Source of the DNA: a virus
Lineage: Duplodnaviria > Caudoviricetes
DNA: 32,305 nt
Direction: 5' to 3' (one strand)
Virus record (IMG/VR): IMGVR_UViG_3300001354_000016
Location: 1 to 32,305 of that record
Part shown: positions 8,056 to 15,825 of the stretch, one piece after another
Layout of the letters: every line of letters begins with the position of its first letter
Position numbering within the stretch: the stretch's first letter is position 1
Notes under the pieces: model-generated
Told to the model about the DNA's origin: nothing
Database searches by the model: none
The model's input: only the letters and a program-made list of their open reading frames with translations
Program-made: the position numbers and the translations under genes

Positions 8056-9276
8056 TTACTTCCTCGTCGGTTTATCCCATCCCTTAACAATATCTGGCGA
8101 AAAGTTGTTGTATGAAAATTCCATTCTGTCAACAATCTTTACCGCATCACCACCTAATTTATCAATTGCAACATACCCTTCGGCACCTGTCACTTTATAA
8201 CCTTTTCTGGTCTTTACAAAAGTGTCAATGTTCTGCAATTGATTAAGTTTATTTATAAGTTTGATTTTTGCAACTACAATTAGTTTCTGCAGTTCAAACA
8301 TTTTAATTAAATTTTCTGTATTGTCGGGCGAAAAAAACGATAGGAGAGCATCAAGTTTCTTTTGTTGTCCACCTTTACCTTTGGCAGTCTTCCGTGCATC
8401 TATTTCTTTCTTATATTTTTTAGTGATCCACGCAACTAATTTTTTTGCGTGGGTTTTGCTGTTTCCTGGCATTTGTCCTGCTCGGACGAAGGTGTTGTTG
8501 AATGTTTCGATGTGTTGTGCGAGGTTTTGGTTTCCTTCCAATGTTCGTAATGTCGACCCGCTAATAGAATTGAAAAGAACTCCAATTTGTGATAGAGTTT
8601 TTTGAACATCTGCGGTCTCCCTTTTAGTCATGGTTGCGCTAGTGACGTCACGAAGGAATGCATCCTGCGACCACACGGCATTAGATTTTTTAAGTTTAGA
8701 TACATTAACACCAAAAGAAGCGCTCATGGTTTCAAACGATCTACCCGTATATGAAGTATGCCATACAATACCCATCTTTGCTTTCTTAATAGACGCTGCT
8801 TGTTCTACGGGCACTGCATAAACGATAGTGTTGGGGTGGAAGGTTACATACTTCTGCCCATCAATCGTCTTAGTCTTTAGTTCAGACGAATCGAACAGAA
8901 AGTCTCCCTGAATGACGCCTTTGATGCCAAGCGCGGGTAGATGCTTGAGCGCAAGTTTTAACTTCTTATTGAGGTCGCCTTTCGTATCAGCGTCAATATC
9001 AGCGTCTGTTTTGTAGACCTTGGGGTTCTTATTGAAGATACCTTTCTTCGCTACGAAGAACTCTCCATCCCTAGGATCCGTCCCTGCAAAGACCGCAGGA
9101 GCGCCGTCCCACTTAACCGAAACCGACCCTCCAGATCCCCCGAGGAGGTCTCTGAGGTCTCTCAGAGCGAATATCGCTTGACGAGTACCCTTTACACCAC
9201 CATAAAGAACCTTGTCCTCCACGTGTGTCATGTGAGTATTCTTTTGTTCCGATAATGTGTCTGCGAATGTTAACAT
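8056..9276 (-). CDS. Ligase/capping-enzyme-fold nucleotidyltransferase (DUF6267-like)
   Basis: Motif I SVKWDGAP (KxDG), motif III-like IQGDFLF, motif IV EGYV, motif V VKIVDR; starts MLTFADTLSE. Confidence 0.7.
   Translation of the reverse strand: MLTFADTLSEQKNTHMTHVEDKVLYGGVKGTRQAIFALRDLRDLLGGSGGSVSVKWDGAPAVFAGTDPRDGEFFVAKKGIFNKNPKVYKTDADIDADTKGDLNKKLKLALKHLPALGIKGVIQGDFLFDSSELKTKTIDGQKYVTFHPNTIVYAVPVEQAASIKKAKMGIVWHTSYTGRSFETMSASFGVNVSKLKKSNAVWSQDAFLRDVTSATMTKRETADVQKTLSQIGVLFNSISGSTLRTLEGNQNLAQHIETFNNTFVRAGQMPGNSKTHAKKLVAWITKKYKKEIDARKTAKGKGGQQKKLDALLSFFSPDNTENLIKMFELQKLIVVAKIKLINKLNQLQNIDTFVKTRKGYKVTGAEGYVAIDKLGGDAVKIVDRMEFSYNNFSPDIVKGWDKPTRK
8250..8257 (-). promoter_or_regulatory. Possible internal late promoter TATAAATA
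   Basis: Exact consensus inside the ligase-like gene, about 200 nt upstream of the 8053 start; could be chance. Confidence 0.4.
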
Positions 9277-9527
9277 TATGCAACGGGCAAACTAGAGAAG
9301 AACGATGCGTCTTTTACTTCTTTGTTATGGAATGTCGCAGAGATTTCACCACGGTTTGTGCCGTCAGGATCAGAACTCTTTTTCGTCTCGGTATAAATTT
9401 GAGTAAAACTTCTGGTCCGAATACCAGCAGTTTGTTGATTCCACAGAGCAGTTTGCTGACCTCCTGGGTCGACTGGGTCATCTCTGAATTGCCATCCTGT
9501 ACGACCTGGTATGTCTTTATATGCCAT
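9276..9527 (-). CDS. Hypothetical protein
   Basis: 83 aa, downstream of a late promoter, TAATG-coupled to the ligase-like gene. Confidence 0.6.
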   Translation of the reverse strand: MAYKDIPGRTGWQFRDDPVDPGGQQTALWNQQTAGIRTRSFTQIYTETKKSSDPDGTNRGEISATFHNKEVKDASFFSSLPVA

Positions 9528-9553
9528 CGAAATAATCTCGCAAATATTTCATA

Positions 9554-10609
9554 TTATTTATAAGAAAAGTCACACATGAGTCGAGTAGGATACCCATCTT
9601 TACCCTGTGTATCTCTAATGTTAAGTTTAAATTTGTATGTGGACGATTCCATCTCAATATCGACTCGTTTACCCAAACCCGTTTTACCACCATAATAAAT
9701 GGTTGCATTGGAAACCCGCGATGCCTTGTCCAACGCCGCTCTATCCATTTTTTTAGACTTTATGCCACCGCTGAGTTTGTGGATAATATGATATCCTTCG
9801 CCAATACCTGTCTTCATTAGTTCGTCAATCTTAGTTAGGCGAACACGTTTCACTTCAGGTTTTTTTAATCTTCCATTAAAAATATCACAAAACAACTTGG
9901 TCTCGATACCAAACACTTCTAACAATTTTTTGCCATCTTCGTTCTGTATGTTATATGCTTTAATATCATCTGGTGGTATGACCGTGCGAACTCCGACGTT
10001 AAAAAAAGTTGTCGTGGTTCCTAGTTTGAGGGAGAGATAAATCTCTTGCTTGTCAGTGTGTAGAGTGATGTCTGTAACTGACTTGCCGATGTCATATCCA
10101 GTTCCTTTTGGATTAGATAGACGGACTTTGGGAGTATAGAGCAAAGGTCGTTTGGTGTTTTCGCCGCCAACTACATCGACCTTAAAGGTTTTGCTCTTGT
10201 TTAGTTTGTAGGTTTTATCGAGATCAAGGATCGCTGCTTCCATGGCAGCATTAGAGACTTTTTTACCATCCCACCAGTCAAGCATTGCTTGAGCGAATTC
10301 AGGTTCGAACAGATTACCTCGGTTGTTAACGCCACGATTACCCGAAGATCCATTACCGAACTTCATGCTTAACGACTTTACCTTGACTTCGTTTTTAATT
10401 TTTTGTATTGAAATATCTTCTTGAATAGATCTTGATATGTTTACCGAACTTCTTTTTCCGAGATCAAGGTTTATCGGTGCATCAAGTTTAGGAAACTTTT
10501 TCTTCATGTACTCGAACAATAAGAAAAGTTCACCCTGCACAACCGGAGGGTGATTCTTAGTTTTCTTAGTTAATTCGTCTAATGTTTTTGGGAAAAAGTC
10601 GTATGCCAT
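9554..10609 (-). CDS. Putative PD-(D/E)xK restriction-endonuclease-like protein
   Basis: GNLFE (helix Glu) ... VTDITL ... YLSLK (D...SxK variant of the active-site motif). Confidence 0.55.
   Translation of the reverse strand: MAYDFFPKTLDELTKKTKNHPPVVQGELFLLFEYMKKKFPKLDAPINLDLGKRSSVNISRSIQEDISIQKIKNEVKVKSLSMKFGNGSSGNRGVNNRGNLFEPEFAQAMLDWWDGKKVSNAAMEAAILDLDKTYKLNKSKTFKVDVVGGENTKRPLLYTPKVRLSNPKGTGYDIGKSVTDITLHTDKQEIYLSLKLGTTTTFFNVGVRTVIPPDDIKAYNIQNEDGKKLLEVFGIETKLFCDIFNGRLKKPEVKRVRLTKIDELMKTGIGEGYHIIHKLSGGIKSKKMDRAALDKASRVSNATIYYGGKTGLGKRVDIEMESSTYKFKLNIRDTQGKDGYPTRLMCDFSYK
9555..9562 (-). promoter_or_regulatory. T4-type late promoter TATAAATA
   Basis: Exact consensus overlapping the YK* end of 9554..10609. 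Confidence 0.7.
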
Positions 10610-10613
10610 ACCT

Positions 10614-10859
10614 CTATTTATAATCAGGGTAGCCTTTTGGGTCTTCTTCTGCGAGGGAGGTGAGTCTTTCTAGGACTTGTAATTTTTCTTTATTGGTATA
10701 TTCTCTCCAGTTTAATATCTCTATTGCCATTCTCTTGCAACCAATGCAATATACACCCCAAGTCGGGTCCATAATGCAAACGCCAATGCAAGGAGAGGGT
10801 ACGAAACCATCTACATCATCGGAGTTCAATAGAGAATTTCCATGCAAGGAAATGCACAC
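10614..10859 (-). CDS. DUF1289-like Cys-rich small protein
   Basis: SPCIGVC...YCIGCKR..EI..W motif; true start may lie a few codons downstream. Confidence 0.75.
   Translation of the reverse strand: MCISLHGNSLLNSDDVDGFVPSPCIGVCIMDPTWGVYCIGCKRMAIEILNWREYTNKEKLQVLERLTSLAEEDPKGYPDYK
10615..10622 (-). promoter_or_regulatory. T4-type late promoter TATAAATA
   Basis: Exact consensus overlapping YK* (TAT AAA TAG), 5 nt upstream of the ATG at 10609. Confidence 0.7.
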
Positions 10860-10986
10860 AAATACAATAAAAGGAAGGGTAATTCAAAGCTGGCACTGCA
10901 TCGTCTAGATATATCAAAACCGAAGGTGTTAACGCAAGTTCTCGATACGGTTTCCAACTGTTCTCATAATCGAATTTTAATTTCAT
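10816..10986 (-). CDS. Small hypothetical protein, 56 aa (not in ORF track)
   Basis: Manual translation MKLKFDYENSWKPYRELALTPSVLIYLDDAVPALNYPSFYCICVHFLAWKFSIELR*; TAATG overlap with the upstream gene; fills the gap. Confidence 0.65.
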   Translation of the reverse strand: MKLKFDYENSWKPYRELALTPSVLIYLDDAVPALNYPSFYCICVHFLAWKFSIELR

Positions 10987-11309
10987 TAAAATTTTCCTTC
11001 TATTTTCTCTAGTTGATAAGGGTCCGAATTTGATTTAACTGCACCGAGAAGTGTTATTAAAACATCTTTACGTTTGACGACCGCTGTGGGGTGTCCATCG
11101 CAGTTTTTGTGAAGTTTGATTATACAATCGTTAAGGTTACTTTCCTTAACCCACACGCTCGTCAGATACATGATGTCTTCCCAGATATTTATCATTCCGC
11201 CAGGAGGATAGTATTTGGTTTCTTCGTATGTTTTAGAACCGTCTGGTTCAGTGTGCATGTCTATCAGTTTTAGGTTGGGTTGTAATTCCATCAACCACTC
11301 CTTTTCCAT
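10986..11309 (-). CDS. Hypothetical protein
   Basis: Minus-strand ORF in the coupled run; probable start near 11291. Confidence 0.5.
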   Translation of the reverse strand: MEKEWLMELQPNLKLIDMHTEPDGSKTYEETKYYPPGGMINIWEDIMYLTSVWVKESNLNDCIIKLHKNCDGHPTAVVKRKDVLITLLGAVKSNSDPYQLEKIEGKF

Positions 11310-11583
11310 TACAAGTAGGACACACGACTTTGGCAGTTTCTTCTACCATAGCAGTCTTTAGCAATTTACGTGAGATATTACCAAAGTCGTGTGCTGCCCA
11401 AACACAAACACCAAGTTTCATTGAATGACCAACTTCTATATTAGCATTTTCATCATTAAGTGTCAACCCCAATTCTTTAACATAAACCCCTTTTCTGATT
11501 TGATCAATAAGGTATCCTGTTTCCCAATTATGGGGTACTATGGGACGAAGTGCTTCAAGCAGAGTCGGCATTTTTTTCATCAA
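11248..11583 (-). CDS. Hypothetical protein with C-terminal CxxCxGxG
   Basis: VCPTCNGKG motif; coupled run. Confidence 0.55.
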   Translation of the reverse strand: MMKKMPTLLEALRPIVPHNWETGYLIDQIRKGVYVKELGLTLNDENANIEVGHSMKLGVCVWAAHDFGNISRKLLKTAMVEETAKVVCPTCNGKGVVDGITTQPKTDRHAH

Positions 11584-11719
11584 CCACGTGTGTCATTCGT
11601 TCACCGTCAAACACGTTATCCTCGATACATTTGCCACACTTATTACCTATTTTAGAAATGAGAAACGAATTTTCTGCAAGCATTTTTTGGGTGATAGCAT
11701 TACAAATACAAACGTACAT
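11555..11719 (-). CDS. bfd: Bfd-like [2Fe-2S] ferredoxin, 54 aa (not in ORF track)
   Basis: Manual translation MYVCICNAITQKMLAENSFLISKIGNKCGKCIEDNVFDGERMTHVVDEKNADSA*, matching the Bfd MYVCxC...GxxCGKC pattern; TAATG overlap with the upstream gene. Confidence 0.7.
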   Translation of the reverse strand: MYVCICNAITQKMLAENSFLISKIGNKCGKCIEDNVFDGERMTHVVDEKNADSA

Positions 11720-12759
11720 TATTCTTTATATTTACCGTAAGACTCCCAACGAACACGAGACCAATATTCTATAATTTCCTGATCATTAGGCCATCCTTTT
11801 TTAGGAAGTCCAGTAAAATCTTGTTGCTCATAAGACATTCTAGAAACCATTTGAAGAAATTTAATGTCGTTTTCAACCATATTGAGCAAATGATATTTTG
11901 TTTTTTCTATTTCATCGTCCCAGTCTGTTACTTGTAAAATCTCATCTTGATCGATTTGCCTAGAAGGAGCATATTGAAACATACCTATATCTTGCATACC
12001 TTGATGTAAAGACCATTGTGGAGGAGTCATAGTAGGCACAACGATAAGGCAAGGTAAAGATAAACATCCTGCAATATGCGCGGTTCCAGAAGGAGGCGCT
12101 ATATGAAATCTAGCATGAGACATGGTATCCATTAGTTCATATGGATCAGAATATCCATTAGTGACAATCGCAGTCCAACCTCTATTTTCGATCATCTCAA
12201 TAATTTTTCTTGCGGTTCCTTGTCTTATGCCTTTATCTCCAAATCTTTCAGATTGAATTGTAACGACCTTTGAGTTCGGATCTCTTTGAGGTTGTTTTGC
12301 TTTCCAATAAGGAACAGGAGTATATCTAAAAGTAATGAGTTGATAAGGAGAAATTTTATTTTCATCGCACCATTTTTTTACATCCTCTCTTGATCGCAAT
12401 CTTTCAGAACGTAGTTCTCCGCCGTCAATAAAGTTTTGAAGAGATTCTTTCGTGTTCCACAACACTTCTGGTTTCCATATAACTTCATTGGTTACAGGAT
12501 CTCGAACGTTGTCGAAAAAACTATCAATAATACTGTGTGTACCTTCCCAATCCCATTCAATAAACTCGCATGGGACTAAACAATCTTCGACTAATGTTTT
12601 TATTTGATGGACTCTCTGACAACCCAAAACATGAACGGGCATAATAAAAGCGACCCGTATTTTTTCGCCAAGAGATTCTGCAAAAACTTTAATAGCAGAA
12701 ATTCCTTTTACTGTATCTCCGAATCCAGAATTTTGTCCAGTCCAATAAAGTGTTATCAT
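11719..12759 (-). CDS. GT-B glycosyltransferase, GT9/heptosyltransferase-like
   Basis: N-terminal GFGD, C-terminal HIAPPSGTAHIAGCLSLPCLIV resembling GT9 DSGxxHxAxAxxxP; GAGG SD. Confidence 0.55.
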   Translation of the reverse strand: MITLYWTGQNSGFGDTVKGISAIKVFAESLGEKIRVAFIMPVHVLGCQRVHQIKTLVEDCLVPCEFIEWDWEGTHSIIDSFFDNVRDPVTNEVIWKPEVLWNTKESLQNFIDGGELRSERLRSREDVKKWCDENKISPYQLITFRYTPVPYWKAKQPQRDPNSKVVTIQSERFGDKGIRQGTARKIIEMIENRGWTAIVTNGYSDPYELMDTMSHARFHIAPPSGTAHIAGCLSLPCLIVVPTMTPPQWSLHQGMQDIGMFQYAPSRQIDQDEILQVTDWDDEIEKTKYHLLNMVENDIKFLQMVSRMSYEQQDFTGLPKKGWPNDQEIIEYWSRVRWESYGKYKE

Positions 12760-12773
12760 AAGTATGCCTCGTT

Positions 12774-12801
12774 AAATAAAAAGGGGGAGTTGCCTCCCCC
12801 T
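12774..12801 (-). terminator. Rho-independent terminator
   Basis: AGGGGGAG-GCAA-CTCCCCCT followed by TTTTATTT, right after the wHTH gene. Confidence 0.85.
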
Positions 12802-12802
12802 A

Positions 12803-12810
12803 TATTTATT
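12803..12810 (-). promoter_or_regulatory. Late promoter variant AATAAATA abutting the terminator stem
   Basis: NATAAATA one base before the hairpin's 5' arm. Confidence 0.55.
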
Positions 12811-13061
12811 TACACTGCGGAAGCAGCGAGCGCCTTGTAACCAGCAGAGATTACAGACTTAGAGGGAGTACCAAGACGGTAGAAACCTTTGGTTACACCT
12901 TTGCTGTTGGTACGCTCATTCAAATACACAGGGAACCCTGAGAATCGAATGTTTTGAATCACCGCGTGTGGGTTTTTAGCACCGAAACGAGAAGTGATTT
13001 GCTTTGCGGTCAATTGCTGACCGTCCATGAGTGCGTTTAATACGCGAGTCGCTTGAGACAT
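12810..13061 (-). CDS. Winged-helix DNA-binding protein (putative)
   Basis: RVLNALMDGQQLTAKQI...IQNIRFSGFPV...YRLG wHTH pattern; AGGA SD before the ATG at 13061. Confidence 0.65.
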   Translation of the reverse strand: MSQATRVLNALMDGQQLTAKQITSRFGAKNPHAVIQNIRFSGFPVYLNERTNSKGVTKGFYRLGTPSKSVISAGYKALAASAV

Positions 13062-13088
13062 ATTGTCTTTTCCTATTTTCATTTAAAG

Positions 13089-13529
13089 TTACCAGTACAA
13101 GTCAACAAGAAAATCTTGTAGATCAAATGCTTCTACTTCCCAGGGCAGACTTCGATAATAACTCTCTGTCATTTTGGGTTTCATACAAGCAGTGAGCATT
13201 TTATTGCTCATTTCACCTCGGATGTTCTGTTTAGCGTGTACAAGTTCATGTGCCAACGTGTTGGCAATTTCCTTTGCCGAGTAGGCAAAGTTCTCGTCGT
13301 CAACGATACATCGTCGAGACAGAGATATGTTGATGTGTTGCGTGCCTTCCGATTTACCGAAATTAACGCAGCAACCAGCATCATTATCTTCTAAGTTCTT
13401 CACGAAATCAACCTGGATGTAGACATCACGTTTAAGGTCTTTCGGAAAGAAATGATTTATGACATCACAAGCAAAATCTTCTAAGCGATTAAGACTTGGT
13501 GCCCTGCCGTTCATTACTAAAGTAATCAT
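13089..13529 (-). CDS. Zincin-like HExxH metallopeptidase-domain protein
   Basis: TLAHELVHAKQ ... PWEVEA. Confidence 0.7.
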   Translation of the reverse strand: MITLVMNGRAPSLNRLEDFACDVINHFFPKDLKRDVYIQVDFVKNLEDNDAGCCVNFGKSEGTQHINISLSRRCIVDDENFAYSAKEIANTLAHELVHAKQNIRGEMSNKMLTACMKPKMTESYYRSLPWEVEAFDLQDFLVDLYW

Positions 13530-13536
13530 GGTATAT

Positions 13537-13585
13537 ATTCTAACCTATTTTTTAGATAAAAGCAACTATGCATAACTTCTTGAAA
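13537..13585 (-). promoter_or_regulatory. Early sigma70-like promoter with degenerate IHF-like box; leaderless
   Basis: TTGCTT-17-TAGAAT (13537-13542); ATG 7 nt downstream; TTTCAAGAAGTTAT at 13572-13585 at the same spacing as in the other promoters. Confidence 0.6.
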
Positions 13586-13955
13586 CAAAACGAATTTTGT
13601 CTCTAGGTTCAGGATAGATCCACTGACAGTTTACGTAACCTTGCACCAAACGTTTCGCTTGGCGCACTACGATGACGACTGAAGGATCTGTGTTCGCGCC
13701 GAAGTTAAGCAACCGATCTACCTCGATCAATGCTTGTTGCCGACCTTGAACTTCGATCGTTCCAGTCTTGCCATCCATCAAGTACTCAACTTGAAAACTT
13801 TTCAGCGTTTCGTTTTCCGCTTCTTCCTCTATATGCCTGTTGATAATTTCGTTACAGACATGCAGGGGAATCTTAGAAACACGTTTGCTAAGAGTCTCGT
13901 CAAGAATAACCCGCCGAAACTTCAGCGGGATATCTTTGTGGTTTTTAAAACTCAT
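13566..13955 (-). CDS. Hypothetical protein
   Basis: 129 aa, TAATG-coupled to DUF932. Confidence 0.6.
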   Translation of the reverse strand: MSFKNHKDIPLKFRRVILDETLSKRVSKIPLHVCNEIINRHIEEEAENETLKSFQVEYLMDGKTGTIEVQGRQQALIEVDRLLNFGANTDPSVVIVVRQAKRLVQGYVNCQWIYPEPRDKIRFVSRSYA

Positions 13956-14899
13956 TACGCTGCCTCCGCCATTTCGATAGCAAGGTTTACTGCCTTAACT
14001 TTACGAGAAGAGTTGTTGCCGTACCAGGAGGATACGAGTCGCGTTTCTGAGTTACGTCCTAGAACGTGGTCAGTCATGTACGTGACAGAATTGACTGCGT
14101 TCCACCAAGTACCCATAGCAAAGTTTGCACCTGGCTGAGTTTCTAGAATATCTACTGCTTGTTTAGCACTAGTGCTAAGGTCAGAGTAATCCTTAACCTC
14201 TTTGCCTTTGGTATTAGAATGTGGGAAAACAGAATTCATATACTGAATCACATCAGAGAATTTTGCTTTCTTCTTCGACAAGAACGTAGCGAACTCTTTG
14301 TACTGCTCAAACTTCTGATGAGCGATACCAAGTTGCTCTCTAACCATCTCGGGATTAAACTCCCTACGGTGATTAAGGGTCACTTCGTTCTTTGATGTTG
14401 CGCTCAGGGACATCTGGAGCGTGTTGTTACACACCACTCGCGTTGGTGTCATACGAATGTTGAGCGTCTTACCATACGTATGAGGATTAGTGAAGAGCAT
14501 ATAATTATCGATCTGGTCACCAGGCAACACGTCAAACGACTCGTTGATCTTAGCGAGCACCCAAACAATTTTACCGCCCATCAGAGAACCAGCGGTATGC
14601 ATTTCCATATCGCCAGCAGCGCAGTACTCGTTGAAGAAGTCGAATGCTTCTAAGTTCTGAACTGGTTCCCAATCATTACCAACAATGTCGAGGACTTTAT
14701 TGTCACCGTCTCGTAACAATGCCATCTTGTTAGGGACAGTGATTCCGTCTAGGATGTACATTCTCTGCTTGCTTACAGACCAATCTACGCCAGACTTTTG
14801 CATCATCTGGACAGGAGTAAGGTCGTTAGACACTCGCTCGCCCAGACCGTGCCAAGGCACTTCACCAGCATACGCCATTGTTTCTATTTCATGACTCAT
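13955..14899 (-). CDS. DUF932 family phage/plasmid-like protein
   Basis: PWHGLG, QNxEAFDFF, TAGSLxGG, TPTRVVCNNTL, GTWWNAVNSVT motifs; AGGAG SD. Confidence 0.85.
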   Translation of the reverse strand: MSHEIETMAYAGEVPWHGLGERVSNDLTPVQMMQKSGVDWSVSKQRMYILDGITVPNKMALLRDGDNKVLDIVGNDWEPVQNLEAFDFFNEYCAAGDMEMHTAGSLMGGKIVWVLAKINESFDVLPGDQIDNYMLFTNPHTYGKTLNIRMTPTRVVCNNTLQMSLSATSKNEVTLNHRREFNPEMVREQLGIAHQKFEQYKEFATFLSKKKAKFSDVIQYMNSVFPHSNTKGKEVKDYSDLSTSAKQAVDILETQPGANFAMGTWWNAVNSVTYMTDHVLGRNSETRLVSSWYGNNSSRKVKAVNLAIEMAEAA

Positions 14900-14928
14900 T
14901 CTATCACTCCTTTCATAATATTAAAATT

Positions 14929-15249
14929 TTAAACGTAGGAACAAACATCATCCCAGATGTCAGCAACCTCTTTACCAGTCATAAACCCAGCTTCCTGAGC
15001 AGCATCATCAGAACCGCAAGTTGCTTCAATAAAGAGAGAAGATGCCATAATTTGCCAAGCAGCACCGAACAACGTATCATGACGTTTGATAATAGAAGCA
15101 AGTTCATTAGCATCAGCACTTTTACCCTGAAGACAATCATTAGAGTACAAACAAATTTGACCGTCGTCGATTGAAACAAAGTCAATTGCGTGAGGAATCA
15201 CGTCATGTTTTGCGATAATTTCAAGAGCGTTTTTCATTCTTTGGTTCAT
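14929..15249 (-). CDS. Hypothetical early protein
   Basis: AAGGA SD, directly downstream of an early promoter. Confidence 0.65.
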   Translation of the reverse strand: MNQRMKNALEIIAKHDVIPHAIDFVSIDDGQICLYSNDCLQGKSADANELASIIKRHDTLFGAAWQIMASSLFIEATCGSDDAAQEAGFMTGKEVADIWDDVCSYV

Positions 15250-15275
15250 GTTAGTTCCTTTTTGTTTATGTTATT

Positions 15276-15324
15276 ATTATAACATATTTTAATAGAAAAG
15301 AAAACCCTACGTAAGTTATTGATT
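15276..15324 (-). promoter_or_regulatory. Early promoter with IHF-like box
   Basis: AATCAATAACTTAC (15311-15324), GTTTTCT, 17 bp, TATAAT (15276-15281). Confidence 0.75.
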
Positions 15325-15609
15325 TACTTTAAGTTTTTGGTGCTCTTTCAGGTCCGATATTTCTTTCTTAGAGAGATCGCGAAACTTTCTTCTGCTTACG
15401 CTCCATTGTTTCTTTGGTTTCAGGTACCTCACTTCTTTATATGCATCAGGACCATAGAGTGGCACGAACCCAATGAGATTAGTACCAGAGGTAATGTACA
15501 CATGGTTCTTCTGGTCATAGGCACACTTCTCCCAACTAGTGGTTTCCAACCTGTACCTTCCCTCGTATGCTAAGTGCCTCAGCGGGTCTCTATCGTCCCC
15601 TATCATCAT
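15316..15609 (-). CDS. Hypothetical protein
   Basis: GAGGAG SD; 97 aa. Confidence 0.65.
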   Translation of the reverse strand: MMIGDDRDPLRHLAYEGRYRLETTSWEKCAYDQKNHVYITSGTNLIGFVPLYGPDAYKEVRYLKPKKQWSVSRRKFRDLSKKEISDLKEHQKLKVNQ

Positions 15610-15752
15610 ATTATCTCCTCTTCTTGATCAATTAGATCGAGAACAAAGTCCAAGGCATCAAGATAACCTTCATCATAATCATCTCTAGAAGACAACTCTA
15701 CTAGACTAATTTTCTCATTAATAACAAACTTGATATGTTCAACTAGAATCAT
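15606..15752 (-). CDS. Small acidic hypothetical protein, 48 aa (not in ORF track)
   Basis: MILVEHIKFVINEKISLVELSSRDDYDEGYLDALDFVLDLIDQEEEII*; AAGGA SD; ATGA overlap downstream. Confidence 0.7.
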   Translation of the reverse strand: MILVEHIKFVINEKISLVELSSRDDYDEGYLDALDFVLDLIDQEEEII

Positions 15753-15775
15753 TTCAAATCCTTTTCCTTACATCA

Positions 15776-15824
15776 ATTATACCGTACTGCAGCATGAAAG
15801 TAAACCATGTGTAAGTTGTTGATT
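15776..15824 (-). promoter_or_regulatory. Early promoter with IHF-like box
   Basis: AATCAACAACTTAC (15811-15824), GTTTACT (T4 early -35 is GTTTAC), 17 bp, TATAAT (15776-15781). Confidence 0.8.
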
Positions 15825-15825
15825 G

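Noticed and set aside
9517-9552. Micro-ORF MKYLRDYFDGI after the late promoter, superficially CTS-like
   Set aside because: Its ATG is only 2 nt after TATAAATA, probably upstream of the start site, and it has no SD.
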